Shown piece by piece: positions 27,322-41,458 of a stretch of DNA of 64,000 bases; the first letter of the stretch is position 1, and each line of letters opens with the position of its first letter. This DNA comes from the human T2T-CHM13v2.0 reference genome, Homo sapiens: NCBI RefSeq assembly GCF_009914755.1, contig NC_060942.1; one strand, written 5' to 3'. The notes under the pieces are model-generated. The model was not told where the DNA came from, did not search any database, and saw nothing but the letters and a program-made list of their open reading frames with translations. The position numbers and the translations under genes are program-made.

Positions 27322-30300
27322 CTGAAATTAAGAAAAAAAAAAAAGACATATGAAATTTTCCATCTCAGGATTTGCTACCTTGGCTCACTGGCTATTTGTT
27401 TCACTGAAGTGCATAAAATGTGAGACTGAGTCAGAGGAAGAAGATTGAACAGGTGGCCAAGCCACTACTCACCAATCCAGGGATCCCTATGCAGTGACTC
27501 GGTGGTGTGTTCCCAGCGGTTTCAAACCCAACCCCTTTTGACTAATTTTACATAATGTGATTCCAGAAATTAGTCAAGAACAACCTGTCATGCTGCTTTC
27601 GATTCCTAGGTTCTCCTAGCCTGCCTGATGATGTGGATAGTGATCTGAATGACTGACACTCCTAAATGGTCAGGGCTGGGGTTACTTCTTGGAAGAAGTA
27701 ACCCTGAATACACTTGGAGCCATTAAGATGCTCTGCCCAACGTGGTTTGCTGGCAATCTTTCCATAAACAGACTCAGGGTGCTTGGTCGCTTTCTATTCC
27801 ACAGCAATGAACAAGCTGAATTTCCATACAGTTTTAAGTTTTTAAATTAAGGTCCTGCTGATTTAATGCCTCCTCCAAATGTATACGCTTAATATCCTGT
27901 ACAATGTCATTAGCAGCACAATCGCACATTCTCTATCTATCTGCTTAGGAGCTCTTCTGTAACAAAGATGAAAACTGTCAGGAACATCACAAATATCTAT
28001 TCTCCTTGCCTCTCCCTTCTCTCTGCCCAAATGTGGTGGATGTGAGGAGGGGGCATTATTCAGAAACCCACTAATGCCAGCTTTCTCTGTATTTGTTCTG
28101 ATTTACATTTCCTTTGGGGAGACACAAAGTACCAGAACAGGATGCTCCTGTCTCCTTTTGTGCTGTGCAGTGTTAGTGTCTGCTACAATAATATCCTATG
28201 GTAAATGTAAACGTATACAGCATTAGTTATCATATCTCCTACAGTGGTTTGGGCCCAGTAGGAAAAATGATGTCCTTGTTCAGCTCATCATATGGGCACC
28301 TTAAATCTAGGTGAGGACAAATGGGGAGGTGATGTGCATGTTCAGGCAGGGAACTTATTCCTTGACACGGATCAACAGAGCACTTAAGAAACCAGTGCAG
28401 TGGGAAATCAATATGAGTCAGGGCCAACTCTTACTTTGTGCTCCTTTGCCAATGCAGGGAGAGAGAAAGTGAGGAGACCTATCTCACGCCTGACTTATTT
28501 TGGGTGCTATATAGCTCTCATTTCATTTTGTTTTTATTATCTTTTATTTTTCTCAGAAAGCATTTACGCTGGCTAAGATATTTAAATAAAAAATAAGAAA
28601 CAGGTACAGGTTTGAGACTCATAACACAGCCTCTGAAAGAGCAAATCAGATCATTTAAGCTTCTTACCAAGGGATTTTAGGAGTTTTGTTTTGTTTATTT
28701 ACCTACTGACTTATTTATTTGTACTGTAAATATGCATTGTTTTTGAACTTACATCCACAAGGCGGAAGGCATTGGTGTGTAAACCTCCAATCTGGGGCAT
28801 AATGTAGAAATTGGGTGGGCAGTGGTTTGCGCGGTCCATGAATTAGGTCAATTGACTTCGAGAGTCATCTCAAGAATGTCCTTTAGCCCATGAATCCTCA
28901 GTTTATCTCTGTGAAAAACGCTTTTACCTGCGTAGATGCTACAGGCTTCACTACTCAGAATTCATTGTGGCAGAGTACACGTGAGGCTCATTGAGCAACA
29001 GAGGTAGAATATGTTTGAAAGGTTTTCTTCCCTTTAATTAGTTCATCATTGTTTGGATCATAATGCTGGTTCCAAAATACCAAAAACAAAACGAAGCTTC
29101 CCTTGTCATATTACGAACAACCTGGTGCTACTCCAGTTGATGGTAATGTCCTCTGGCCAGTGGTAAACTTACTCAGCATTAATTGTCAGCTGTATGCATC
29201 AATTCACATGAGATACAGTGCAGTCATAGAGGCCATCGGCTACAACGAACTTATTCTATGACCACAGCTCTTCAAATATTTCTTTTAAACTTTTGGTCAG
29301 TTCAACATTTTGCCCAAATCTTATAAATAATGAAAAACGGTATTATCTTTTTTTAAAAAAAACAGAAGTCCAGCTTCATAATAAAGTACAGTCTCTGAAA
29401 ATAAAATGACACTTGTGTTTTGTTCTTGCCATTCATTTGCTCTCATTCAGGCAAGCAGAAATTAAGTGAAGGAAATAATACATGATTTATTTTTAAGCCT
29501 CTTTTTCATTTGATTACCCCTATTGTTATGCTTTATGCAAACAAATGAAACTATTGCACTGAGCTAACTATTGAACTCTTCAAAATAAGAGAAAAGAAGG
29601 TCTTTGAAGTCCTACTTTAAAGGCTACTTGAAGGAATTCTCATCTATTTACACATTTTTACCTTTGTTTTAAAACCTGTCTGCTATATTTCTTGGGTGAG
29701 CATTTCAGTATTCTCATTCCTGAATTATTGTCTTTTCTGAATTATTACTGTGAATTGAGAGGCTATAAATATACCCAAATGCTCTTTGACATTATTCTGA
29801 ATGTAAAACTCTCCCAAATTTATTTTAAAAAATCTATATTCAATCAATGTTTGAATTTTGCAAAAGACCTAATTTCTTTGACTTCTGATTAAGCCCAAAG
29901 AAAAGCAAAATAAATAGGGTAGTGAACAAGAGCAAACAATTGTTTAAAATGGCCTTGGGTACTGTACTTATTGATTTTCTTTTAAATAACCACAGATACA
30001 TGCCTGCTCCTTTCCAGATTTCTCCAGAGGTGGACAAGTGCCTCGCCCTCGCAAGCAGATAGTGGGGGAGGTTTGTACTCCAGGTTCACATACAGCCCAG
30101 TGTGAGTTTTTAGCGTGTCAGTCAGTGAGTTAGAGGGAAAGGGGAAAGAGAAGCTAATCAGGATGAAATGAGATTAAAGGCTGTCTAATTTTACAGCAAC
30201 TGTGATCCATCAGCCACTGTGAAAGTGACAGTGGAGATGAATGATGGAGACAGACAGGTGGGGCTGTACATTTCACTGATTTATCCTCAAATGCACTGGG

Positions 30301-32379
30301 CCTTATTTTATTGAGTGAACATGACCGCATTTATCATGACTGTCATCTAAACCCACTTCCCTCCATTTAAAAAGGTCACTTTACTCAGAGGGAGTAGGAG
30401 AGAGGCACTTTCAAATCAGATTTAAAATATAATAACAGGTGTTCATAAGGCCCTTTGCGAGACTTCTCAACTTTATTAAACAAACAGGTAGTGCTAGGAG
30501 AAAGAAAAAGCCAGAAAATTGGAGAAGAAAAAACTTTTCATCATCTGAAGGAGCATTTCATTTCATCTCTAAATTTCAAGCAATTTGTACCATTTTTGCC
30601 CGTTCCACTCCAAACACCCAAAATTCTATTCTAGTCTTGGGAAATGAAATAAAACATTTACATTTAATATTTTTAATTAAGAAAGTAGGAATCAGGTAAT
30701 ACTGTAAAATAAACTTGGAGAGGATATTGTCACAGTATTTACTCTGCAGAATGACTAATCATCACACAGGAAATAGATGTTAGCAATCGTAACAAGCTGA
30801 ATCTCTGCCACAATTAACTTATGTACCTGCTAATTGTTTTCCCATAATTTTAAGGCCATACAAATCTCAGTTACACAGTCTTTTACCCCTCCTTCTACCA
30901 GAGCAATAAAATGCCCTGAGATCTTATCCACAAAGTTGGTCTTTGTGGATGGGAAAAAGGAGTCAAACTCTCCGGGAATTCCCTATTACTTTTTGCAATA
31001 ATAACCAGCATTGACCAAACATTTACTATGTGCCACATATATGTACATTAAATATATAATTATATTGATCTATATTATAGCTTTGAAAATACAACAACAC
31101 TTGCGTTCTTGCTGTTCATTTGTTCACATTCAGGCAAGTAGAAATTAAGTGAAGGAAATAATAAATGATAAAATATACTGATAGTATATTTACCTAAATT
31201 GGCTCACATCTTTCATTTAATACAACTAATCACAAAGGAGGCATTACTCATTCATTTTATTTTTTTAGAAACACTAAAAGGCCTTGAGAGGGTAAGTCAC
31301 TTGTTGAAGGTCAGACTCAGGTACCGAACGGCAGAGATAGAATCCAAACATGGGGATATCTGGACCCCAACTCACGCTCTTATCCATTTCACTCTACTGA
31401 TTTTCAATAGGTATGTTCATCCATCCAGCAAGTAATTACTGAGTTCCTGAGTGTTCAGTGATGGTGTTTCTGAAATTTGTGTATAATTTTTTATATTGAA
31501 TCATATTTTAAATGTGTTTATTACTATGATATTTGAATGAATCCTTAAAGCAAGAAGACATTCCTTTAAATGATTTCCTATAAATCTGGATATTTGAATA
31601 GCTGGTTTCCTTAAAGCAGAGTACATTTGTTTTATGGAGCCAGAAAAAACACTGAGAAAATCAGCCAGTTAAGGGTGGGTAGAATCTGTTGGCAGATTTT
31701 TTTTTTTTTTTAAACAGTAAGGACATATTTCAACCTTGCAAGCAGATTCAAAATACCTTGGTTACAGAGGCTGTTTTCCTGGCCTATAAAATGTCCAGGG
31801 GTCTTGTTTGTATTCATGAAGGCCTTACTGTACTAGAGATCCACACTACTGTGTCTCCTCCCACATTTTACATCTAAGGAATGTAAACCTCTTCCAGCAG
31901 AAAGTATACGTATCCTTTGCAACCCCCAAATTTTCATGAATATCCAAACAAGAGATTGCAAAGGGCTGTGCCAAGAATATAGACTTGCTAAATAGATGGT
32001 TATTGAATGTTTATCAATTGGATGTGACATTTGTGAAGGCCTTGATATTTTTGGTCTCAAATACATAAGCTTGCAAAACTGTCAGATATAACAAAGTCCT
32101 CAATTGTTTTGAAAAAATAATTAATGCCCATGGTAAAAATACAATCTTAAAAAAAAAGGACATACAGAACAAATAAGTCTTCCTCTTACCCTCGGCCCAC
32201 CCTCAGCCTTTCAGTTCTCTACCACAGAGGCAATCTCTGCTACTGTGTTCTCGGGTTTTCTTTCCAGAGACATTATATATATGGGTCATTTTTGTTAACA
32301 CAAATGGCAGCAGCATACTGTAGACATACTGTTTAGTGTCTTGCTTTTTAGCACTTAATAATATATTCATTCTTTCTTT

Positions 32380-33560
32380 CTCCATTAATCAAGTATTTGT
32401 TTTGGTGCTACTCTATGCTAGGCAATGTTGTACCTGCTGGGGAGGTCGTGGTAAGCAGCAAACCGGGTACACACTAGTCAGGGGAAGCACACAACAAACA
32501 CAGACACAAGTAAATAAGCTCTTTTGTTTCAAATGATAAGTGCAAGAAGAAAAATAAATCTGGGCTGGGGAGAGGGAGCGGCAAGGGTAGTGAGTTTTGA
32601 CAGTGCTCAGGGAAGGCCTTTCTGAGTAGATGACTTGTGAGGAGAGAATTGGCTGAAGTGAGTAAGGGAGCTGTGCAGGGTGCAGGTGCAAGAATAGCAA
32701 GTGCAAAGACCTTGAGGCACAGGTTTGAAATGTGTGAAGGACAGCAAGAAGACCAGAACACAGGGATCTGAGATGAAGTTGAGGAGAGAGGCCCAGGGCA
32801 GACCAGTGCAGTGTGGAAGGACATGGTCAGAAGATAACACTGGCATTATCGTCCACTGAATTATTTTAAGTGACTGCACAGTATTCCATTTGATGGGCAT
32901 TCTATAATTGATTCCATTTCCTTCTGATGGTTAATTCATTCAACAAACATTCACTAAACACTCACTAGATGCAGACACCTTTCTGGTTGCTGATAATACA
33001 CAACTGAACGAGGCAGACAATATCCCTGCTCTCCTAGACCTTATATGATAGAGAGGATGAACAACACAGATAAATAAATAACAAATAGGAGCACAGCCAG
33101 GTGATGACAGATGACATAAAGAGAAATACAATGGGATGATGTGCTAGAGAGTGAGTGCCTCTCTATTACTTTAGTTGAAGCAGTTGGTGCAGAAGTGGGA
33201 ATGAGTTGGTTGTGTCTGAGAAGCAGAGAGAAAGCCTGTGTGTTGTGAGCACCTTGGATGAGGGCCCAACAGGCATGGGATGAAGTCAGCAGGCAGACAC
33301 AGGCTGAAATGCAGGTCTTCATGAGCCAGAATAAGCATGGTGGATTTTATGCTAAGCATGATAAAAAGGCATAGGAGGGGTTTAAGTGGCAGGATGACAT
33401 AATCTGATTTATGTTTTAAAAATATCAGTCTGGCTACTATTGAGGTTGTAGGAGGGAAAGAAGGAAAAGAGGAGGATCAGGCAGAGGTTCCTTCTGTGAT
33501 CTAGATGAAAGAAGATAGCAGCTTGGCTAGGAGGGGACAGTAGAGATGGACAGAAGGGCT
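32380..33560 (-). mobile_element. L2 fragments (two 3' ends)
   Basis: attcattcaacaaacattcactaaacac at ~32935 and related purine-rich sequence. Confidence 0.7.
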
Positions 33561-36209
33561 ATGCTTTGAAGGTTGCTGCTGTTACAAGCAGTGCTGTGTT
33601 GAGTGTCCTTGCAGATACATAACACATGTGGATAATTTATCTGTAGGGTTGATTCTTCTAAGTGAAATTTCTGGGCCAAAGAATAGGTACATTTTACATT
33701 TTGTTGGAACCCATTTTTACATTTGTATCTTTGCCAGTATGGTGAGTGAACAATTGATGTCTAGTTAAAATCTAAATCTTCATTTATTTGTGCTACAGGT
33801 GTAGCATGTTTTCATACATTTAAAATCCATTTGTATTTTATACATTTTTGTTGGGTTTGAGTTTTTGATATAATTTATGTTACTTATAATTACATAATTT
33901 CTGTTTTAAGGTATTCTTTTCTAGGAACGGACAAAATAAATGATATCTTGGAAGCATCATACTGCTAGAATACATATTTGTGAAATATTTACTCATTGAA
34001 GCAAATTCAAATAGCAATTACATGCTGTTGAAAACAAATAACCTGAAAGAAAGATGCTTCCCTTTAATAATATTGAATATTCCTTGCCATGGGCTCTTAG
34101 AGGTTTTTTGTTTTTTTTTTTTTTAAAAAAAAGTCTTCAATTTTATAGTAAATGCAATTGAGAAACATAAATGTTTTAAAATTTGCTAGTTAGTTTAATC
34201 CTACCATTCAGTCTTTCAGCAAAGATCTAGCAAGCTGGCTAATGCATTTCTGGAGATAGAAACAGACACACAGTAAAACATTTTACATATTTACACATTT
34301 TACACATTAGGAAGGGCTTGATAGATATTATTGAATAAATAATTTAAGATATTATTAAATAAATAAATAGAAAAAAGCTCTGCTACTTTTTTTCTGTTAT
34401 ATTTGGGCTCTACTATAGTTTCAAACTACAAATAAATGGAAACATTTTGTGTATTTGGGGATGATTTTATCATTACGGACAGTTAGTCTGGAAAGTTTAA
34501 CTCTGTAAGAGTTTTTATGGTCAGAATCCAGTTATGAGTTGGCAAATGTTCTGAATTAACCCAAAGGTGGCCAGCACTTTCTCCCTTACCTCCTACTTGT
34601 TCTGCACATACCAAGCCAGATTTTCATAATCCCTGGAGATGAAGTTATTTAAGTGAGTTTAAGGTGTATAAATCTAAAAAAAAGTGCACATTTAGGAGGC
34701 TGTGCAAGAACGAAGAGAGCTTGTCTCTCATAGTTCAAAACTGTATCTAAGGGTCAGTTTTCTTGACTATGAGGATCGTTTCATCACTCCCTCATCTTTG
34801 CAATGATTGGACTAAATGCATACTTTTACTGTATCACTTGCCAAGTGATGAAACAGTGTATTAAAAGGCTTGTCTTTGGCTTGTCACCCCCAAAAGATCT
34901 ATGAGCCCCTGAAGGCCAGATGCTATCATCTCTGTAGCTTCATGCCTAGCACAGAACTCAGCACATAGTACTGGGCCAGACTCTGGCATCCCTATAGCAT
35001 TTAGGCATAACATAGTAATCAGAAATATTAATGGATCAGTAAATATTGATCAACGAATAGCACGAATGACTGAATGCTAGCTAAGAGACTATGGAATTTA
35101 TTTTTTTGGAAGGTGGAAAAGATTGTGATGGATGCCAGAAGATGTGAAGGAGGGAGGAAGTTAAAGAAGGAAAAAAGAAGAAAGGGTGACTTTGGTAAGG
35201 ATTCTATGGCTTCTAGGATAGATGTCACCCATGCAACACATATGTCAGTTTTAAGCAAAGGAGGTTTGTAAGCTTTTCAAAGGCTGGCCATATATTATTT
35301 CTTTCCAGAACTATGATAACACCTAATTGTGCCAAGGGCAAAGGTTTTCAATAAAACCTTGTTGATTTACAGTTTTAGTTCTGAACACTTAACTTGGGGA
35401 AGTGCTAATAAGCAGTGACATTAATGTGATTTCACATTGGACTTCTATTACCTGTTTAAGCAAAACTGACCTTCAAAGTCTTATTTTTATCTTAGTTCAA
35501 ATATTTTCACTAATATATTCCTAAATTATGATCGTGTTATTTTAATATCAACGGTTTTACTTTGAATACTTCCTGGCATGCTAGTAGGAACTTAAATGTA
35601 GTTTTATTTTTACTTTTGGAGAGTAAAAAATCTTTGGGAATGAAAGCTGCCATCTCTTTCAAAGGTTAGTTTTTTTTTCCTGTTTTACAAAGTGTTGTGT
35701 ATTTCAGAGACATGTCAATGAAACACTCTAGAGCTTTGATGACTGCCCTTTTCCAAGTGTCAACACAATGTCTTCCTGATCATATTTTTCTGGGAGAAAG
35801 TATCATTCTCATACTTTTTATTGTTCCACAGCCCAAAAGGCTCATGTCAAAAATAGTAAACCCTCTAAATGAATTAAAGTAGCAGAGCAACATATATTAT
35901 TTAAGCATTTGATAATAAAATCTTTGACAAAGGTTAAGGGAGTCAGGGCTATTTATAAGGTGGATGATATGGCAACAGGATAGCAAAAATGATTGTTATG
36001 TAGTTTAAATTATCTTAGATGATGGCCCCATAGTTGACCCAAGTTATTGAGGGCAGAAGGAAGGAAATGGGTGTGGCCTACATAATGAGGATTTATAAGA
36101 GGAGTTTTCTGATGCAAAACCCACATACTCAAATATGGGAAAGTGAACTCTAGTTGTTCACTTGAAAACCTACAAGGTATCAGAAGGTCTAATTGAGAAT
36201 CATATTTTG

Positions 36210-36522
<313 letters not shown>

Positions 36523-36959
36523 TCATTTCATTCAAAAATATGTACTGTACTGTGTACCTATTGGTTATTATGCCAACCTCTGAGCATATGAAGATGAATT
36601 GTACACCATTCCTTCATCCCAGAGCCCACTGTGTAGACAGAGAGAGAGAGAGAACATGAGAACAGATAAATAGGATACAGAGTACTCCAGGTAGAAGAGC
36701 AATAGATGCTCCAGGGAGGAAATGACTAAAACTTCAGTGAGAAAGTGAGGCTTAAGCTTAATCATGATTCCGAAAAGAGATTTTTCCAGGCTGTTGCAGC
36801 AGTAAATGTCATTACTGGGAAAAGGCACACAGATTCCACAAACATTTACTGAGCACCTACTAAGTGCCAGGCCTTGGGCAAGGCCCTGTGATATAATTTT
36901 TAAATATTAGCTTAATTTAAAAAAATGAATTATTAGAATTAGATCAATGTCTGAAATCT

Positions 36960-37190
36960 TATAAGTTCTATTGTTCTATATCACTGTAGCATGACTACAG
37001 TTAACAATAACATATTACATAGCTTCAAATAGCTAGAAGGAGAATGTTGAATGTTCCCAACACAAAGAAATGATAAATGTTTGAGATGATGAATGTGCCA
37101 ATTACCCTAATATGATTACTATACATTATATGTAGCAAAACATCACAGTGTACCCTATACATTATTATTTATCAATTACAAAATAAAATT
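36960..37190 (+). mobile_element. L1MA-type 3' end fragment
   Basis: aatagctagaaggagaatgttgaatgttcccaacacaaagaaatgataaatgtttgagatgatg. Confidence 0.8.
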
Positions 37191-37209
37191 TTTTAAAAGA
37201 TTGTATTAT

Positions 37210-37520
<311 letters not shown>

Positions 37521-39151
37521 TTATTACAATATCAACTTTTTAATTGAGGCCTGCGAAAATGTGTTGGGACACAATGGTGCAAATAAGAGGAACGTGCTTT
37601 TATCTACACTGTCCTTTTGGACAGCGGGCCTGCTCTACCTACTCAAGTTCCCATCTGGACCACTCTCTTCTTAGACAATCCGGTGATCGTAGCCTCTGCT
37701 CTAATTAAATCTTTCCTGACATGTGGAGCCACCTAATCATTCTGGAAGCAATTGGTAGCATTATCAGAACTGTGAGCAATAACTTTGTTCCTTTTAGATA
37801 ATCCATCATTGCATTTGTTCTAGCTAACTCAGTGTGTTATTGGTGCCGTTGCACTTATTTGACTTTAAAGCCTATTTCACTGCAAAGATTCAGAAGAATC
37901 TGTCATACAGTCTTCCAATGGCCATTTCATGGTGTGTGCATGTGTATGCGTGATGTCCAGTAAGTACTAGAGCAGTTGGGCCAGGACATCAGGATTATAC
38001 TGAGTCAACAGCTTGTCACACATAAGGGAAATTAAGGTGCAGTCCGTGATCTTAGGAGATGTGCCCAAGGTGGATGGTCAGGGCCATGATGAGGCCTAGA
38101 GTCATCTTTCCAGGAGGTTCTGCAATCTTGATTGCTGGGAAAAGGTGAAGAACCGAAGCAGTGCAGGTCAGAGTATGTAGAACAATATGATGAATCCCTT
38201 TACCCCTTTCTCGGCACTGTTTTTTAACTGGCAAAACTAGATATTCACTGAATACTAAGTAATATTTATTTATGAATATATTTATGAATGATATGAATAT
38301 TTGCCACTTCTCCAGTGTTAGAATATAGGCTGAGACCCTGGTGCTAAGACAATCTAAAGATACATACCGGGTTATCTATGCAGGACTTGATAACTTGGTC
38401 CCTAAACTGGTTTGAACTGGTTGTCTGTGTGTACACACACATGTATTCAGTCTATATATACAAAGATGTAGAAGACAATTGGTGAGTAGGTGTTTTTTTT
38501 TAAGTCGTTATGGGAATACTGTGCATTTTCCATCAATAAGAGAAAATAATGATCCTCTCACCCTCCACCCTAAAGATGAGGCAGAGAGTGGCACAATTCT
38601 TGGATCAGATGTGTGCATGTCTCCTGGAGCTTGACAGGCACAGGGAGATGTCTGAAGGCATAAGGCTGGGGGGAAGCTGTCTGTCACAAGAGTGTGAGGG
38701 AGAGCTGGGGGAGAAGTCACCTGCACTTCTGGGTTTGGTGGGGCAATGGTACCTGGTACCTTCCTGTGGGCTAAGCTGGTGCAGTGGAGGCTTGCTTGGC
38801 CAGAGCTGTTTTGAAAGGACACCCCCTCCCACCACAAGAAGATTAATTGCCAGTTGAAGGTGACCATAATAAAAGCTATGTGGTGGGTATAGCCCATGGG
38901 GCAGTAGGATGTCTTCAGAAAGAGACTCACAACAGAACTCATAAAGACAGCTCATCACCAGAGAAACTCAGCTCTATATCAGTTGCCTCCTGAGGAGCAG
39001 GAAGCCAGGTCTTGGAAACCAGGCAAGTAAGAGCTTTTCTTCGTTTGCCCCACACCCTCCTCTAGCTGTATCCATGGTGAAACCAGAATACACAGCATGG
39101 CTGATTTCCTTCAGGGCAGGCCAGCCTGGCTCACTCTCATGTTAACACAGG

Positions 39152-39702
39152 TGTGCAGGAAAGAGTTTACATAGCAGGCCTAAGGCTGCTTCCTCAGAAA
39201 GGGCCGCCTGCAAAGCTAGCCTTTGGCTGGCATCTGAGAACTGAGATTTCAGGAGCATTCCCACTACCTTAGCTGATAAGGGTAGCTCTCTGTACCTAAA
39301 TTGTTGGTATAAACAATGTGATTTATGCTGAATACTTCCTTTTCTTCTGGTAGCCTGGAATTTTGGTGTGTTCTAGAAGATGTGTACCTGACCAGCCCCC
39401 AATAAAACCCCTGGGCTGGAGTTTCTAACCAAGCTTCCCTGGTAGATAGCAGTTCAAGCGTGTTGTCACCATTCGATGCTGGAAATGAATGTGTCCCATG
39501 TGACTCCACAGGAGCAGCACTCTTGGAAGCTTGAGCTGGGTTTCCTTGGGACTTTGCCCTGTGTGCCTTTAACCTTTGGTGGTTTTGCTTTGTATCCTTT
39601 TGCTGTAATAAATCATAGCTGTAAGTATGGCTATTCTATAATCCTGTTAGTTCTCCTAGTGAGTCACTGAACCTGGGGGTGGTCTTGAGGATTCCTGATA
39701 CA
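39152..39702 (+). mobile_element. ERVL solo LTR (MER68-like)
   Basis: TG...CA ends; starts tgtgcaggaaagagtttacatagcaggcct; internal aataaa. Confidence 0.75.
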
Positions 39703-41220
39703 GTAGGAGATGGAGAAACTTTAAATGTATTTACTGGATGATTTAATGGTCCAAAGTGGCTGGGTCTGCTTTAGAACTTTTCAAGGTACAACCTACAGGG
39801 AGAGATAAATTATCCAACAGAGAGGGTTTGAAAATCGGTGGCTGAAAAAAATCAAGTTATTTTTGGCTGGCCTCATATGTGAAGCTCATTCAATAAACTG
39901 ATTATGGATGGATGGATGTATTTCTGACAAACTGCTTCTGGGCTCCTGAGGAACACTTTTTAAGAAAGCATGGCTCCAATTTCCTCTGGTTGGGGCCAAT
40001 GTGCGTATCTTTCCTGAGAATCCACTAGTGCCCAGCACCATCCCACCAGAGGTGCTAGAGGATTTGCCAGTGAAATTGGCATTATCGCCCTTTTTATTCC
40101 ATAGGGACATTTGCAATGTATTTGAAACACTGATACAGATCCATGTGAGGCCATTTGAAAGGAACAGGGCAGTGGTGTAGAAGATTTGTGTCAAAAAAAT
40201 CTAGAGATAGGAGAAATCACTGGAGTTTGGCTTAGTTAGGTAGCAGCGTGCCCTATTCAATCTCTCCCCAGACACTACATTCTTCTGCTGTCTTCACAGG
40301 GTGCCCTGCTATATCTTTAAAAAATAAAGAAAATGCAAACTTCTTTCATCCTGCTCTCCCTTCTAGCTGCCCCTTCTAGAGCACCCCACTACCTGACCCA
40401 CCAAGCCAGGCTTGTACACACAGCAGTAGAATGTGAGTGACTGGTCTAGAGAGGGTTGCATGATCCAGCCAGGTCCTTGCGAGGGGTTTTCACACTGGAG
40501 CTGAAAGGAGAACACTTTCTTTTCTGATCACAAATCCTGGAGCTGCTTACAGCAATAGAGAAGCAGGTCTGAGCAAAGAAGGAGCTCGTGTTGTGAGAAA
40601 TGAGACCTTCAGAGAAGGCATCCTGATGGGATTTTGAAATTTTGTTTCTTAGTCATTCTTAGGCCAGTACTGCCCTGCCCTCCTGGTCATGTGGCCCAGT
40701 AAACCCCCTATATTCCATAGACCTTTGCAACAGCCTCCTCACGGGTCTCCTTGTTTTCATTCTTGTCCCCTTTTGGCTTATTTTTCACAATTTACTGAGA
40801 AAGTCCTTCTAAAACCAGAGTCAGGTGATGACATTCACTTCTATTCAGTCATTTCCTTCTCTTTGGAATACATTTTCAAGTTTCCAGAATGGTCTGCAAA
40901 GATCACACGGCCTGGCCCTGGATACCTTTCCAAGCTCTTTTCCACACTCTGCCTCACTTACGGTGCTCCAACCATACCGGCTGCTTTGCTTCTGCAACAC
41001 TCCAAACATGTTCCTGTGTCAGGCCTTTGCATCTGCTCTTCTCTCTGCCTCTGACATGTTTTTCCTTTGAATATTCTCATGGTTCACTCCATCATTTAAG
41101 TCAGGTGTCTGCTGGAAGAGAGACCTTTCCTGACAGTGCCATTTAGAAAGCCCTTCCCTATCATTCTCTGCTCCCTTACCCTTCTTTTGTGATAACACTT
41201 GATAATGCCTACCTTTAGAA

Positions 41221-41458
41221 TTTTTTTTTTTTTAAAGACAGGGTCTCATTTTGTCACCCAAGCTAGAGTGCAGTGATGTGATCATATCTCACAGCAGCCT
41301 CCAACTCCTGGGCACAAGGGATCCTCCCCCCTCAGCCTTCCCAAGTTGCTAGGACTATAGGTGTGTGCCATCATATCTGGGTAATTTTTAAATATTTTGT
41401 AGGGATGGAATCTTGCTATGTTGCCCAGGCTGGTCTTGAACTCCTGGCCTCAAGTGAT
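41221..41458 (-). mobile_element. Alu (AluJ-like), partial
   Basis: Poly-T, agacagggtctcattttgtcacccaagctagagtgcagtg. Confidence 0.9.

Noticed and set aside
38508-38958. Overlapping 102-144 aa ORFs
   Set aside because: No domain similarity; GC-richer sequence, probably a degraded LTR
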